DNA of 64,000 bases from the human T2T-CHM13v2.0 reference genome, Homo sapiens. Each line of letters opens with the position of its first letter. Position 1 is the first letter of the stretch. The notes beneath the pieces are model-generated. The model searched no databases and was not told where the DNA came from. It saw nothing but the letters and a program-made list of their open reading frames with translations. Below, one piece after another: positions 26,580-39,269 of this stretch. The stretch lies in assembly GCF_009914755.1 (NCBI RefSeq), contig NC_060925.1; one strand, 5' to 3'. Both the position numbers and the translations under genes were made by a program.

Positions 26580-27115
26580 TCATTATCTTCAGGGTTAAAT
26601 CCAGACTTCTTTATATGGTACACAGGAGCCATCATGATTTGACCATTACTTACCTGACCAGAACTTTATCCCCGCCACCCATCCCCTGCCCTTCAGCTTG
26701 ACCCCTTTTTCCACCTCCCTCATCTTCAACCCCAGCTATACAAAACTATTTGTATTCCCCAAAAAGAAAACACATTTATCTGCAATCATTGGCATTTTTT
26801 GGTCCTTTTTCCTAGAAAGCTCTTCCTCCCCTTGGTCACTAATCTAAATTAAGTTTCTTCTTTCAGAAGTAGCTCAGGGGCTCCTTTGCACAGAAACCTA
26901 TTCCTAACCTCACCCTTACCCTAACACCCAGCTCACTTGGGGTTAGGAGTTTTTTGTTTAGGAAACAGTTTGTGCTTCGACTATAGCCCTTCTCAACCTA
27001 TATTAGAATCACCTATTTATTTTTCAATCTCACAAACACTGAGCTCTTTGAAACTAACAATATTTTGGCTCTGAATGCATATTGTTCTTGGCATGGTGCT
27101 CAGTAGTCATTACAT
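26580..27115 (+). mobile_element. L2 3' region
   Basis: CAGGGTTAAATCCAGACTTCTT...CTGAGCTCTTTGAAA...GGCATGGTGCTCAGTA. Confidence 0.55.
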
Positions 27116-27121
27116 GATTGC

Positions 27122-27639
27122 AAAAAAATAAAAGGAATGGGAAGGGAAAAGAAGGGAAGGAAAGGGAAGACAAGGGGAGAGGATCACAGGGAAGGGAAGA
27201 GAAAAGAAGGGAAGAGGAGAAGGGAGGAAAGGGGATGGGAGGGAAGGGGAGGAAAGGGAAGGGAATGGGAGGAAAAGGGAGGGGAGGGGAGGGGGAAAAG
27301 GAAAGGGAAGGGAAGGGAAAAGAAGGAAAGGGGAGGGGAGAGAAGAGGACAGGGGCGGGGGGAGAAGGGAGGGAAGGGAAGGGAAGGGAAAAGAAGGAAA
27401 GGGGAGGGAAAAGAAGGAAAGGGGAGGAGAGAGAAGAGGACGGGAGGGAAGGGGGAGAAGGGAGGGAAGGGAAAGGAAAAAAGGGAAGGGGAGGGGAGAA
27501 GAGGGGAGGGAAAGGAAGGAAGGAGAAAGAGAGGAAGAATAGAAAAGAAGTAGGGAGAGAGGGAGGTAAGAACGGAAAGAGGTAAGAAAAAGAGGGAAGA
27601 GAGGAGGGAAGGAGAGAAGGAAAGAGGGAAGAAAGAAAA
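27122..27639 (+). repeat. ~520-bp polypurine (GA-rich) low-complexity tract
   Basis: GGGAA/GGAGA/GGGGA units; the + strand is nearly pyrimidine-free. Confidence 0.95.
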
Positions 27640-28869
27640 ATCAAGATCATGTTTGAGAAAGTATTTTGTAAATTTCACATGGCTTCATACAATCAGGAGC
27701 CCTATTCATTTCACCTGGAATAAGCTAACGTACAAGGCTAGCTACTCTTAGGGAAAGCCCGTTTTTCCTTAAATCCTTTGACTCCAGCAGATCAGACCCA
27801 CCTACATCCTCTGTAAACTTAAGTGAATGAACTTTGTAAAGAGTGTTGCCTCTTAGCCAGCTTCTCCATGTACTCCAGTGTAATCAATAACCAATCCAGA
27901 GAGCAAATTAATGTTAAATACAGCTTGAAGAATGGTGGAAAAAAAAAACAGTAGGGGAGCATTAGCAGAGAGCCTTCCCAGAATTGTAGTCTCAGGGACT
28001 GTAGGTTGGTTCAGAGATTATCATAATCTGCAAGATAGGAGGGCCCTCCAGAAATAGAGTTATCATTCCTGCTATAAAAATTGTGCCCCTGAATTAACAC
28101 AAACAAGAATTTCCAGATGACAGTTCCAAATGCCAATTGCTGCTATTTTCACTTCAACATCATAATTGACTGAGTGTGATTGCTTGGTGGTTTTGAAGCT
28201 GTCTTTGCACCCTAATAATTGCACTTTCCAAATTCCATCTGAGGCATTACCATACCTGATAAGGCTCTTAACTGATGTTTTAATATAATGGCTTGGAACA
28301 TACATCTTTGGAAAGAATAGTTCATATAGAAGATAGATCAAATATGTTCTAGGATTATTCTTTACAGTCACTATAATAAGTGTTTCTTCTACTTTCCCTC
28401 CCACCACACACCCCCATAAAGTCAACAACTTTATGGCATTAGGCTTCAAAGAGTTGCTAAAACTCTGGAAGCTTTGCTCTTCTGAGAAAAAAAATCTTAT
28501 TTCATTTTTTTCCCTGTAAAATCGCCATAATATTTAGGTGGGGAGGAGATATGCAGCTGTTATGATTTAGAGTTGCTGAGCTTCTGACCCTTGTCCTGGC
28601 TAAAACAGTGTTTGGATTTGAGTAGAAATAGCAATGAACCTAGAGCAACTTATTAGCTGAAACTCTGAGTCTCAAAATTTTTTCATTTATAAATAGCCCA
28701 GTGAAAATAACTTACATTTCACTGGCCTATTGTGAGAATCTAATGAAATCTGATGGATAAAAAGCAAGGCAAAAACTAAACTATTCTGTATTGTTGGGGA
28801 ATTATGAATTAATATTATTGTTATGGCCTAAAATTAGTTGAATAGAGCCAGAAAACAGAGTAGATGTGG

Positions 28870-29705
28870 TGCATTAATCTACTTGAGCTACCATAACAAA
28901 ATACCACACGCTGAGTGGCTTAAATAATAAAAATTTATTTTCTCACCATTCTGGAGGCTGGATGTCCTAGATCAAAGTCCAGCAGAACTCAGTTTCTGGT
29001 AGACGCACTCGTCCTGGCTTGCAGACATCCCCTTTGTCTTCACATAGCGTATTAGTCCATTCTTGCAGTGCTATAAAGAAGTACCTCAGACTGGGTAATT
29101 TATAAAGAAAAGAGGCTTAATTGGCTCATGGTTCTGCAGACTGTACAGGAAGCATGATGATGGAATCTGCTCAGCTTCCAGGGAGGCCACAGGAAACTTA
29201 ACAGTCATGCCAGAAGGTGAAGAGGGAATAGGCATGTCACATGGCCAGAGCAGGAGCAAGAGAACGTGAAGGGGGAAGTGCTACACACTTTTAAATGACC
29301 AAATATCATGAGAGCTCACTATTGTGAAGACAGTACCAAGGGGGATGGTGCTAAACCATTCATGAGAAACTTGCCTCCACTGGGTGGGGGGACCCAATCT
29401 CCCCCGACCATGCCTCCCCTCCAATATTGAAGATTACATTTTGACATGACATTTGGTTGGAGGCAACATCCAAACTGTATCACATGGCCTTCTTTCTGAA
29501 TGCACACAGACAGAGACACGTTCCAGTATCTCTTCCTCTTCTGAAAAGTGCAACAGCTCTATCAGATTAGGGCTCCACCCTTATGACCTCATTTAAACTC
29601 TACCATCTGCTTATGACCCTATCTCCAAATACATTCACATTGGTTGTTAGGGTTTCACATATGATTCTGGGGGTGGGAGAAGGTACAAACATTTAGTCCT
29701 TAATA
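28870..29705 (-). mobile_element. MaLR solo LTR, MLT1A-like, split by an MST insertion
   Basis: GAGCTACCATAACAAAATACCACACGCTGAGTGGCTTAAA...; resumes at 29483; flanks TGTGG/CATGG are compatible with a CpG-decayed CGTGG TSD. Confidence 0.85.
29048..29482 (-). mobile_element. MaLR solo LTR, MSTA/MSTB-like, nested in MLT1A
   Basis: GTATTAGTCCATTCTTGCAGTGCTATAAAGAAGTACCTCAGACTGGGTAATTTATAAAGAAAAGAGG...CATCCAAACTGTATCA; TSD CATAG/CATGG. Confidence 0.9.
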
Positions 29706-29822
29706 CATGGGTTATCAAAAGGACTCCTTTTCAAATGTTATCTTTTTTATTATTAACAGAAATCACATGCCACTTCAGATTAAAATTATTATATTTTGGG
29801 CTGGTTTAAAATGTTAGCTTTT

Positions 29823-30026
29823 GGGGAATGAAAGACACTGGGGTCTACTTGAGGGTGGAGGGTGGGAGGAAGAAGAGAAGCACAAATAATAATTATTGGG
29901 TACTGGGCTTTTTGCATGGGTGATGAAATCAGCTGTACAACAAACCCCTGTGACACAAGTTCACCTATGTAACAAACCTTCACATGTACCCCCGAACCTA
30001 ACATAAACCTTTAAAAAAATGAAATG
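29823..30026 (+). mobile_element. Short L1PA (approx. PA13-15) 3' end
   Basis: GACACTGGGGTCTACTTGAGGGTGGAGGGTGGGAGG...CTGTACAACAAACCCC...CATGTACCCCCGAACCTAA plus A-rich tail. Confidence 0.88.
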
Positions 30027-30040
30027 AAATATCAGCTTTT

Positions 30041-30840
30041 TAGCCAACAAACATATGAAAAAATGCTCAGCATCACTAATCATTAGGGAAATCCAAATCA
30101 AAACCACAGTGGAATACCATCTCTCACCAGTCTGAATAGCTATTATTAAAAAGTCAAAAATAAAAGCTGTTGGTGAGGATGCAAAGTAAAGGGAATGCTT
30201 ATACACTGTTGGTGGGTATGTAAATTAGTTCAGCCACTTTGGAAATTTCTCAAAGAACTATAAATAAAACTATCATTCAACCCAGCAATCATATTATTGG
30301 GTATATATCCTACAGAAAATAAATCATTCTGCCAAAAAGACACATGCACTCATATGTTGTTCACCGCAGCACAGCACTATTCACAACAAGAAAAATATGG
30401 AATCAACCTAGATGCCCATCAATGATGGATTAGATTAAGTAAATTTTGTACATGTACACCATGGAATACTATTCAGCCATAAAAAGAATGAAATCATGTA
30501 CTTTACAGCAATATGGATGCAGCTGTAGTTATCCTAAATGAACTAACACAAAAGCAGAAAATCAAATACCACATCTTCTGACGTATAAGTGGAAACTAAA
30601 CAATGGGTACATACAGACATAAAGATGGAGACAATAGACACTGGGGACCCCAAAAGGGGAGAAGAAGGGAGAATAGAAATGGTTGAAAAGCTATTTATTG
30701 TGTACTGTGTTTACTATTTGGTTGGTGGGTTCCATAGAAGCCCAAATCCCAGCATGATGCAATATATTTATGTAACAAACCTGCACATGTACCATCTGAA
30801 TCTAAAATTTAAAAAAATTTTTTTGAAAAAATAAAAAATA
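30041..30840 (+). mobile_element. L1PB4-like 3' end (~800 bp)
   Basis: GCCAACAAACATATGAAAAAATGCTCAGCATCACTAATC...GTAACAAACCTGCACATGTACC...GAATCTAAAAT plus A-rich tail. Confidence 0.88.
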
Positions 30841-31648
30841 AAATGTCAGCTTTTCAAAGAAGTCTCCTCTGCTGCCCGCTCAGGACTAATCCCTACCCCC
30901 TCCTTGCACCTACTGGAACCCTTCTCTCCAGTAGTACTTAATTCATTATCATATGTCTGTCTGTCTTAGGAAGAATGAAGATTTCTCTGAGTCAAAAGAC
31001 ATGTTTTTCTCTCAATTTTATATAACCATATTATTGAGGATTCTCAATATGATGTGGTAAAAACACGAATATATTTTCTTTTTTTGCCGTTAACACCTTT
31101 AGCCACATTCTGACAAATCATCCTTTCCAATTTCTTTGCAATATCTTAGGTAGATTTTATCATTTCTAGTCATTTTTCATTACTAAATGTACAACTTAAA
31201 CTTTAATCTCAAAATTGATTGCAAACTCATCCATTCCCTCTTTTCCCAGCAGAAGTCTTGTGCTGTGATGCTGGCTTATCAGAAAAAAGGATCAGAGATG
31301 AGGCTGCATAGACTTAGCTATGAGATTTGTGCAGGCCAACCACATGAATTCACACAGGATATGCAGTGCTCAACCCTAGGGAGCAAGATTCATATGGTAT
31401 ACCATGTTAACCACTCTCCCTATAGTTGTCCAGTGCACAATTTCCACAACCATATAAGAAAGCTCTGAATTACATATGCAAATCTTATATGCATAACTGT
31501 ATAAGAAAGCCCTGTAGTCTTACATTTGCTCTTCCAAGTATAATTATTCCAGAGTTTAATAAAGATCCAAAAACAGTAGAGGAAATCAAAGTCTTCTTGT
31601 ATAAATGGTTACCTTATAGAAAAGGGAAGCCATCTTTGATCTTATCTA

Positions 31649-31996
31649 TGCTATAGACTGAATGTTTTTGTTCCCCCAAAGTTCTTAAATTAAAATTTAA
31701 TCACCATCATGATGGTACTAGAAATGAGAGCTTTAGGAGGGCTCTGCCCTCATAAATAGGATGAGTGCTCTAATAAAAGCGACCCGAGGGAGCTCCCTGG
31801 GACCCTCAGCTATGTTGAGGACTAAGCAAGAATATGGCTGTCTGTGAACCAGGTAGCAGGCCCTCATCAGACACCAAATCTGCTGGTGCTTTAACCTAGG
31901 ACATCCCAGCCTCCAGAAATGTGAGAAATTTATCTGTTGTTTATAAGCCACCCCATCTATGGTAGTTTGTTACGGCAGCCCAAATGGATTAATACA
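31649..31996 (+). mobile_element. MaLR solo LTR, MLT1A0-like
   Basis: TGCTATAGACTGAATG...CCCTCATCAGACACCAAATCTGCTGG...TTTATAAGCCACCC...TAATACA. Confidence 0.88.
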
Positions 31997-32753
31997 CCCT
32001 GATTTTGTCTGTTTATCTTCTCCTGGTGATGTCTACAAATAATTACAACAATTACAAGTATAATTATAATAATGTATTAGATAATGTTTCTGGAAAACTC
32101 ATCACCATATTTCATAAATTCTAATATATGTTCTTTCAGGCATCAACATTTCTGAAATAACGATGTGGTTTTCAATAAATGATATATCATGGTTTTATTG
32201 TAAGCATTTTTCCCTCTCTTAGTGGTACATAAACCCCATTGTCAATATTAGATGGATCAATGAGACAGAAAATTAACAAGGATATTCAGGAATTCAACTC
32301 AGCTCTGGACCAAGCAGACCTAAGAGACATCTACAGAACTCTTCATTTCAAATCAACAGAATATACATTCTTCTCAGCACCACATTGCACTTATTCTAAA
32401 ATTGACCACATAATTGGAAGTAAAACACTCCTCAGCAAATGCAAAAGAACAGAAATCATAACAAACAGTCTCTCAGACCACAGTGCAATAAAATTAGAAC
32501 TCAGGATTAAGAAACTCACTCAAAACAGCACAACTACATGGAAACTGAACAACCTGCTCCTGAATGACTACTGGGTAAATAACGCAATTTAGGCAGAAAT
32601 AAACAAGTTACTTGAAACCAATGAGAACAAAGACACAAGGTACCAGAATCTCGGAAACACAGCTAAAGCAGTGTTTGGAGGGAAATTTATAGCACTAAAT
32701 GCCCACAGGAGAAAGAGGAAAGTTCTAAAATCGACACATTAACATCACAATGA

Positions 32754-32846
<93 letters not shown>

Positions 32847-32872
32847 TGAAAAACCTTTCAAAAAAATCAATG

Positions 32873-33266
<394 letters not shown>

Positions 33267-34910
33267 TCAAATAGACACAATAAAAAATGATAAAGGGGAT
33301 ATTGCCACTGATCCCACAGAAATACAAGCTACCATTAGAGAATACTATAAACACCTCTATGCAAATAAACTAGAAAATCTAGAAGAAATGGATAAATTCC
33401 TGAACACATACACCCTCCCAAGACTAAACCAGGAAGAAGTCAAATCCCTGAATAGACCAATAACAAGTTCTAAAATTGAGGCAGTAATTAATAGCCTACC
33501 AACCAAAAAAAGTCTAGGACCAGACAGAGTCACAGCAGAATTCTACCAGAGGTAGAAAGAGCAGCCGGTACCATTTCTTCTGAAACTATTTCAAACAATA
33601 GAAAAACTCATTTTATGAGGCATGCATCATCCTGATACCAAAACCTGAGAGAGACACAACAAAAAAAGAAAATTTCAGGCCAATATCCCTGATGAACATC
33701 AATACAAAAATTCTCAATAAAATACTGGCAACCCAAATCTAGCAGCACATCAAAAAGCTTATCCACCACGATCAAGTTGGCTTTGTCCCTGGGATGCAAG
33801 GCTGGTTCAACATACGCAAATCAATAAATGTAATCCATCACATAAACAGAACCAATGACAAAAGCCACATGATTATCTCAATAGATGCAGAAAAGGCCTT
33901 TGATAAAATTCAACACCCCTTCATGCTAAAAACTTTCAATAAACTAGGTATTGATGGAACATATCTCAAAATAACAAGAGCTATTTATGACAAACCCATA
34001 GCCAATATCATACTGAATGGGCAAAAGCTGGAAGCATTCCCTTTGAAAACCAGCCCAAGACAGGGATGCCCTCTCTCACCACTCCTATTCAACATAGTAT
34101 TGGAAGTTCTGGCCAGGACAATTAGGCAAGAGAAAGAAATAAAGGGTATTCAAATAGGAAGAGAGGAAGTAAAATTGTCTCTGTTTGCAGATGACATGAT
34201 TGTATATTTAGAAAACCCCATCATCTCAGCCCAAAATCTCCTTAAGCTGATAGGCAACTTCAGCAAAATCTTAGGATACAAAATCAATGTGCAAAAATCA
34301 CAAGAATTCAAATACACCAATAATAGACAGAGAGCCAAATCATGAGTGAATTCCCATTCACAATTGCTATAAAAAGAATAAAATACCTAGGAATACAACT
34401 TACAAGGGATGTGAAGGACCTCTTCAAGGAGGACTACAAACCACTGCTTAAGAAAATAAGAGAGGACACAAACAAATGGCAAAACATTCCATGCTCATGG
34501 ATAGGAAGAATCAATATCATGAAAATGGCCATACTGCCCAAAGTAATTTATAGATTCAATGCTATCCGAATCAAGCTACCACTGACTTTCTTCAGAGTTA
34601 GAAAAAACTACTTTAAATTTCATATGGAACCAAAAAAGAGCCCATATAGCCAAGACAATCCTAAGCAAAAACAACAAAGCTGGAGGCATCACACTACCTG
34701 ACTTCAAACTGTACTACAAGGCTACAGTAACCAAAACAGCATGGTACTGGTACCAAAACAGATACATAGACCAATGGAACCGAACAGAGGTCTCAGAAAT
34801 AATGCCGCACATTTACCACCACCTGATCTTTGAAAAACTTGACAAAAACAAGCAATGGGGAAAGGATTCCCTATTTAATAAATGGTGTTGGAAAAACTGG
34901 CAGAAGGTTT

Positions 34911-35068
34911 CAAACTTCAAAAGCTAGCAGAAGACAAGAAATAACTAAGATCAGAGCAGAACTGAAGGACATAGAGACATGAAAAACCTTTCAAAAAAAT
35001 CAATGAATCCAGGAGCTGGTTGTTTGAAAAGATCAACAAAATAGACCTCTAGCCAGACTAATAAAGAA
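34911..35068 (+). repeat. Ectopic internal copy of upstream ORF2 sequence (32779-33251 minus the Alu)
   Basis: Direct alignment by eye: ~8 substitutions plus indels. Confidence 0.9.
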
Positions 35069-36354
35069 AACTGAAACTGGACCCCTTCCTTACCCCTTAT
35101 ACAAAAATTAACTCATGATGGATTAAATAATTTAAACATAAGACCTAAAACCATAAAAACCCTAGAAGAAACCTAAGCAATACCATTCAGAGCATAGGCA
35201 TGGGCAAAGACCTCATGACTAAAACACCAAAAGCAACGGCAACAAAAGCCAAAATTGACAGATGGGATCTGATTAAAGGAAAGAGCTTCTGCACAGCAAA
35301 AGAAACCATCATCAGAGTGAACAGGGAACCTACAGAATGGGTGAAAATTTTTGCAATCTATCCATCTGACAAAGGGCTAATATCCAGAATCTACAATGAA
35401 CTTAAACAAATTTACTAGAAAAAAACAAACAACCCCATCAAAAAGTGGGCAAAGAATATGAACAGACACTTCTCAAAACAAGACATTTATGCAGCCAGCA
35501 AACATGAAAAAAAGCTCATCATCACTGGTCATTAGAGAAATGCAAATCAAAACCACGATGAGATACCATCTCACACAGTTAGAATGGTGATCATTAAAAA
35601 GTCAGGAAACAACAGATGCTGGAAAGGATGTGGAGAAATAGGAACGCTTTTACACTGTTGATGGGAGTGTAAATTAGTTCAATCATTGCGGAAGACAGTG
35701 TGGTAATTCCTCAAGGATCTAGAACAAGAAATACCATTTGACCCAGCAATCCCATTACTGGATACATACCCAAAGGATTATAAATCATTCTACTATATAG
35801 ACACTTCACACACATAAGTTTATTGCAGCACTGTTCACAATAGCAAAGACTTGAAACCAATCAAAATACCAATCAACAATGATAGACTGGATAAAGAAAA
35901 TGTGACACATATACACCATGGAATACTACGCAGCCATAAAAAAGGATGGGTTCATGTCCCTTGCAGGAACATGGATGAAGCTGGAAACCATCATTCTCAG
36001 CAAACTAACACAAGAACAGAAAACCAAACACCACATGTTCTCATCATAAGTGGGAGTTGAACAATGAGAACACATGGACACAGGGAGGGGAACATCACAC
36101 ACTGGGGCCTGTCAGGGATTGGGGAGCTAGTGGGGGATAGCATTCGGAGAAATACCTAATGTAGATGATGGGTTGATGGGTGCAGCAAACCACCATGGCA
36201 CGTGTATACCTATGTAACAAATCTGCACGTTCTGCACATGTATCCCAGAACTTAAAGTATAATAAAAAGAAAAAAAAACATGGGGGGAACTGCAATCTTT
36301 GTCCTCAGTGCAGACTCTATTCATAATTCTGGCACATAATTTGTGCTTCAAGTT

Positions 36355-36609
36355 AATGAGCAACTTGCCAGTATTTGAATGGTTTCAAGGTTTTCAACAG
36401 AAATTTAGGATCCTATATGATGTTGCTCCTACATAACTGGAAAACCCTGCCTTCCTGCACATTTCCCAGTATATCTTGTCTCGGGGTCTTTGTTCATGCT
36501 ATTCCTGTGTCTGGAATTCACTTTCCAAGCAATCCCTTTCTCCATATCTTAGCTAACGCCTCAGATCCCCAACAGGATTAACTCTCCCTGCTCAGAGCAA
36601 CAACATTCA
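36355..36609 (+). repeat. 255-bp direct duplication, copy 1 (probably derived)
   Basis: Ungapped match to 38592-38846 with 14 mismatches by hand count. Confidence 0.95.
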
Positions 36610-36660
36610 GTAACCAATCAATACTCTGTCACATTAGGTTTTTGTCAATCTGAAATATTG

Positions 36661-37126
36661 TGTAGCGGAGTCAAACCTCCCTTTTAAAGAACCTGCTGTG
36701 GGGAGTGTAGTTGACTGGCAGCCTACTGTTGCCACACTTTGGAATTTGATGTGATATTGATTTGGCTGTGATGCCATACTTCCTCTAAGCTGCTCTTAGC
36801 CACTGACTGAGCATGGTAGGAGAGATATGAGATTCAGGTCTTTAATGCTCCCAAACAGGACTTTTCTAATGGGCAACTTTTGCGTGGCAACTCCCAATCA
36901 GCCTAGCGAAATCCCACTCAAAGATGTGCCCTGTCTGAGGCTCTTCCTGCCTGAGGCTCTTCCTGCCCAATCTTTCTTCCTCTCCCTTCATAGTTGTTGT
37001 ATCTGACTCACAGTCTGAATGTTTCTCCTGCCTTTTGCTTCCTCCCTTTTTACCTTTCGTTAGCATTTCCCGCAATAAATCTCTTGCACATCTAATTGTC
37101 TGATTCTCAGAGGACCCACACTGACT
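36661..37126 (+). mobile_element. ERVL LTR16-family solo LTR
   Basis: TGTAGCGG start; GCTGCTCTTAGCCACTGACTGAGCATGG; CAATAAATCTCTTGCACATCTAA...TCTCAGAGGACCC end. Confidence 0.7.
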
Positions 37127-37239
37127 GCCTGGCAGAGTAGGAAGTGTTCAACAATCTGAAGATTGCATAGAGTTTTGTCTATAAAATACAATTAACTCCT
37201 GAGAAGAATAAGATGTATATCTGTTTTCAAATTTGACAT

Positions 37240-38480
37240 TGATAACCACTCACTACCTTCTTCTTGAAGTCCCTCCCTCAACTTCTGAAACAACTGGGAT
37301 CTGTAGAGAATTACGAGTAAGATTTCAGGGACTTCATGGACCTTCTGAAACTTACCCATTAAGAGCCTCTGGTCTGCAAGACAAGGTCAAAATTCTTAAT
37401 GTGGCTTTTCAAACACCCAGTAAGCAGCCCCAGCCTACCTCTAGCCATACTGAAGTGCTTGGGTTTCCTGGGGATGCCAGGCTCTTTCTCATCCTCCTGC
37501 CTCTGCACTTGCTGTTCCCTAACCTGAAATTCCAACTTGTCTCCTTGCCCTTTTCCCTAACTCACACTGGCTATTGACCTGGAAAATCCCTACTCCTCTT
37601 CCAAGAGTCAGCTAAAACAACAGCACCACTTCAAAATCTTTTCCATGTCCCCAGCACAAGCACAAAACTTCTTTGTGCCACCTGCCCCCTTACTCTGTCC
37701 ACAGCTCTGTGATAAATTTAAATGTATTTTTCTTATGTGGCTTCCAAAACAGTGGTCTCCTTGAAGGCAGGAGCTGTTGTACTTTTCTTGGCTTCCCAGC
37801 ACCTAGTACAGGGCCTGTCCCACAGTGGACACTCAATAAGAGTGTTGTTCTTGCTGTTGTTGCTGTTGTTGTTACTTTCAATCTATGAATACCCACACTG
37901 AATGCTGCACCCAACCAGCTGTGTGACCTTATGGGCTCACAAAACAACTCTGAGCCTCAGTGTTTTCTTCCGTAAAGAAGGGATAATAATAATGATGACT
38001 TCTGGGAAGTGCTATCACAAAGATCATGAATACAAACACAATGGAGGCATTTCAGTCCTTGCTTACTGGCCCTTTCCAGTTCAGCACTGTTGATGATGCC
38101 CTCCTTCTGAACACTCTCTGTTCTCTATTCCTTTTGTATTTCTCTTACTTTATTTCATTATAGTCACCAAGTCACCCAAGTCAAAACCTGGGTGTGATCT
38201 TTGAGTCCGCCCTCCCCCTCATTCACTAGTTTCAATCAATTACCTATCAAGTCCTGTACCTTTTGCCATCTGAATAGTTCCTCTACTTTCCCACTGACTG
38301 TGGACTAGTTTAGGTCACCATCACCCCCTGGGGCTATTACAATATTATATCAACAAATAACTAGTCTCTCTGCATCTGACCCTCATGCCCTCCAATCCAT
38401 TCTCTACACCAATGGCATAAATCTGACCATGTCACTCTGCCACTGAGAATACTTCATGACTTCCTGATGCCTAATAATGC
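37240..38480 (+). mobile_element. L2 fragments with an intervening MIR (~37890-38030) and (TTG)n
   Basis: CTCCTTGAAGGCAGGAGCTG...CCCAGCACCTAGTACAGGGCCTG...CTCAATAAG; CAAAACCTGGGTGTGATCTTTGA; AATCTGACCATGTCACTC. Confidence 0.6.
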
Positions 38481-38591
38481 ATAACTTTTAATGAATGCTT
38501 GCTTGCTCCATGGCTAGCAATAAAAAAGTTGGGTAGGCATCATTATTATTTTATGATGTGAATGAGGAATTTGAAGCACAGGAAGGATAAC

Positions 38592-38846
38592 AATGAGCAA
38601 CTTGCCAATGTTTGAATGGTTTCAAGGTTCTCAATAGAAATTTAGGATCCTATATGACGTTGCTCCTACTTAACTGGAAAACCCTGCCTTCCTGCACATT
38701 TCTCAGTATATCTTGCCTCAGGGTCTTTGTTCATGCTATTCCTGTGCCTGGAATTCACTTTCCAAGCAATCCCTTTCTCCATATCTTAGCTAATGCCTCA
38801 GATCCCCAACATGATTAAATCTTCCTGCTCAGAGCAACAACATTCA
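38592..38846 (+). repeat. 255-bp direct duplication, copy 2 (probably the donor)
   Basis: Matches 36355-36609; MIR-like and L2-like sequence continues across its ends. Confidence 0.95.
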
Positions 38847-39009
38847 CATTACATATATTTGTCACGTATTTACCATGATACATAGAGATATAGATACAGA
38901 TACAAATGTAAAGTTATGCACCTCTCTCTCCTGGCATAGACAGACTGATAATTATGGATGATAATAGCAGTACTTATAATGCTAACTGCCAATAACGATA
39001 TATTAAAGA

Positions 39010-39200
39010 ACTAAATGACACAACCTAGAAATGTGCATAAATTAACTCCCAAGAAGGTGAACTTTAACCAGTGAGATAAAGAAAGGAACCAAGCAAGTAA
39101 AATGTCTCTCCTTCTGTCCTCTCTGGGAGTGCTCTGAAATCTGGGCTCTTTGTACATCCTGCTGAGAAATGTTTCATGGGGCCAAGTGGACCCAACTGCT
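39010..39200 (+). mobile_element. ERVL LTR fragment (LTR33/LTR41-like)
   Basis: AATTAACTCCCAAGAAGGTGAACTTTAACCAGTGAG, homologous to 40425-40590. Confidence 0.5.
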
Positions 39201-39269
39201 GAGAGATCTGAGGTCAATATTTATGGTGTTTGTGAAGCAACCGATGATGAGTAACACATCACCTTGCCT

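Noticed and set aside
27054-27678. Four 138-198 aa ORFs (G/K/R/E-rich and P/F/S/L-rich)
   Set aside because: Artefacts of the polypurine tract, which lacks stop codons on either strand.
36342-36351. TGTGCTTCAA as an inverted templated copy of TTGAAGCACA (38571-38580) at the duplication junction
   Set aside because: Equally explained as the L2 tail (GGCACATA...GTGCTCAATAAATG); 10 bp is too short to decide.
36375-38818. Twin 68-aa ORFs suggesting a small paralogous gene pair
   Set aside because: They simply follow from the 255-bp duplication of decayed MIR/L2-type DNA; non-ATG starts and no coding signature.
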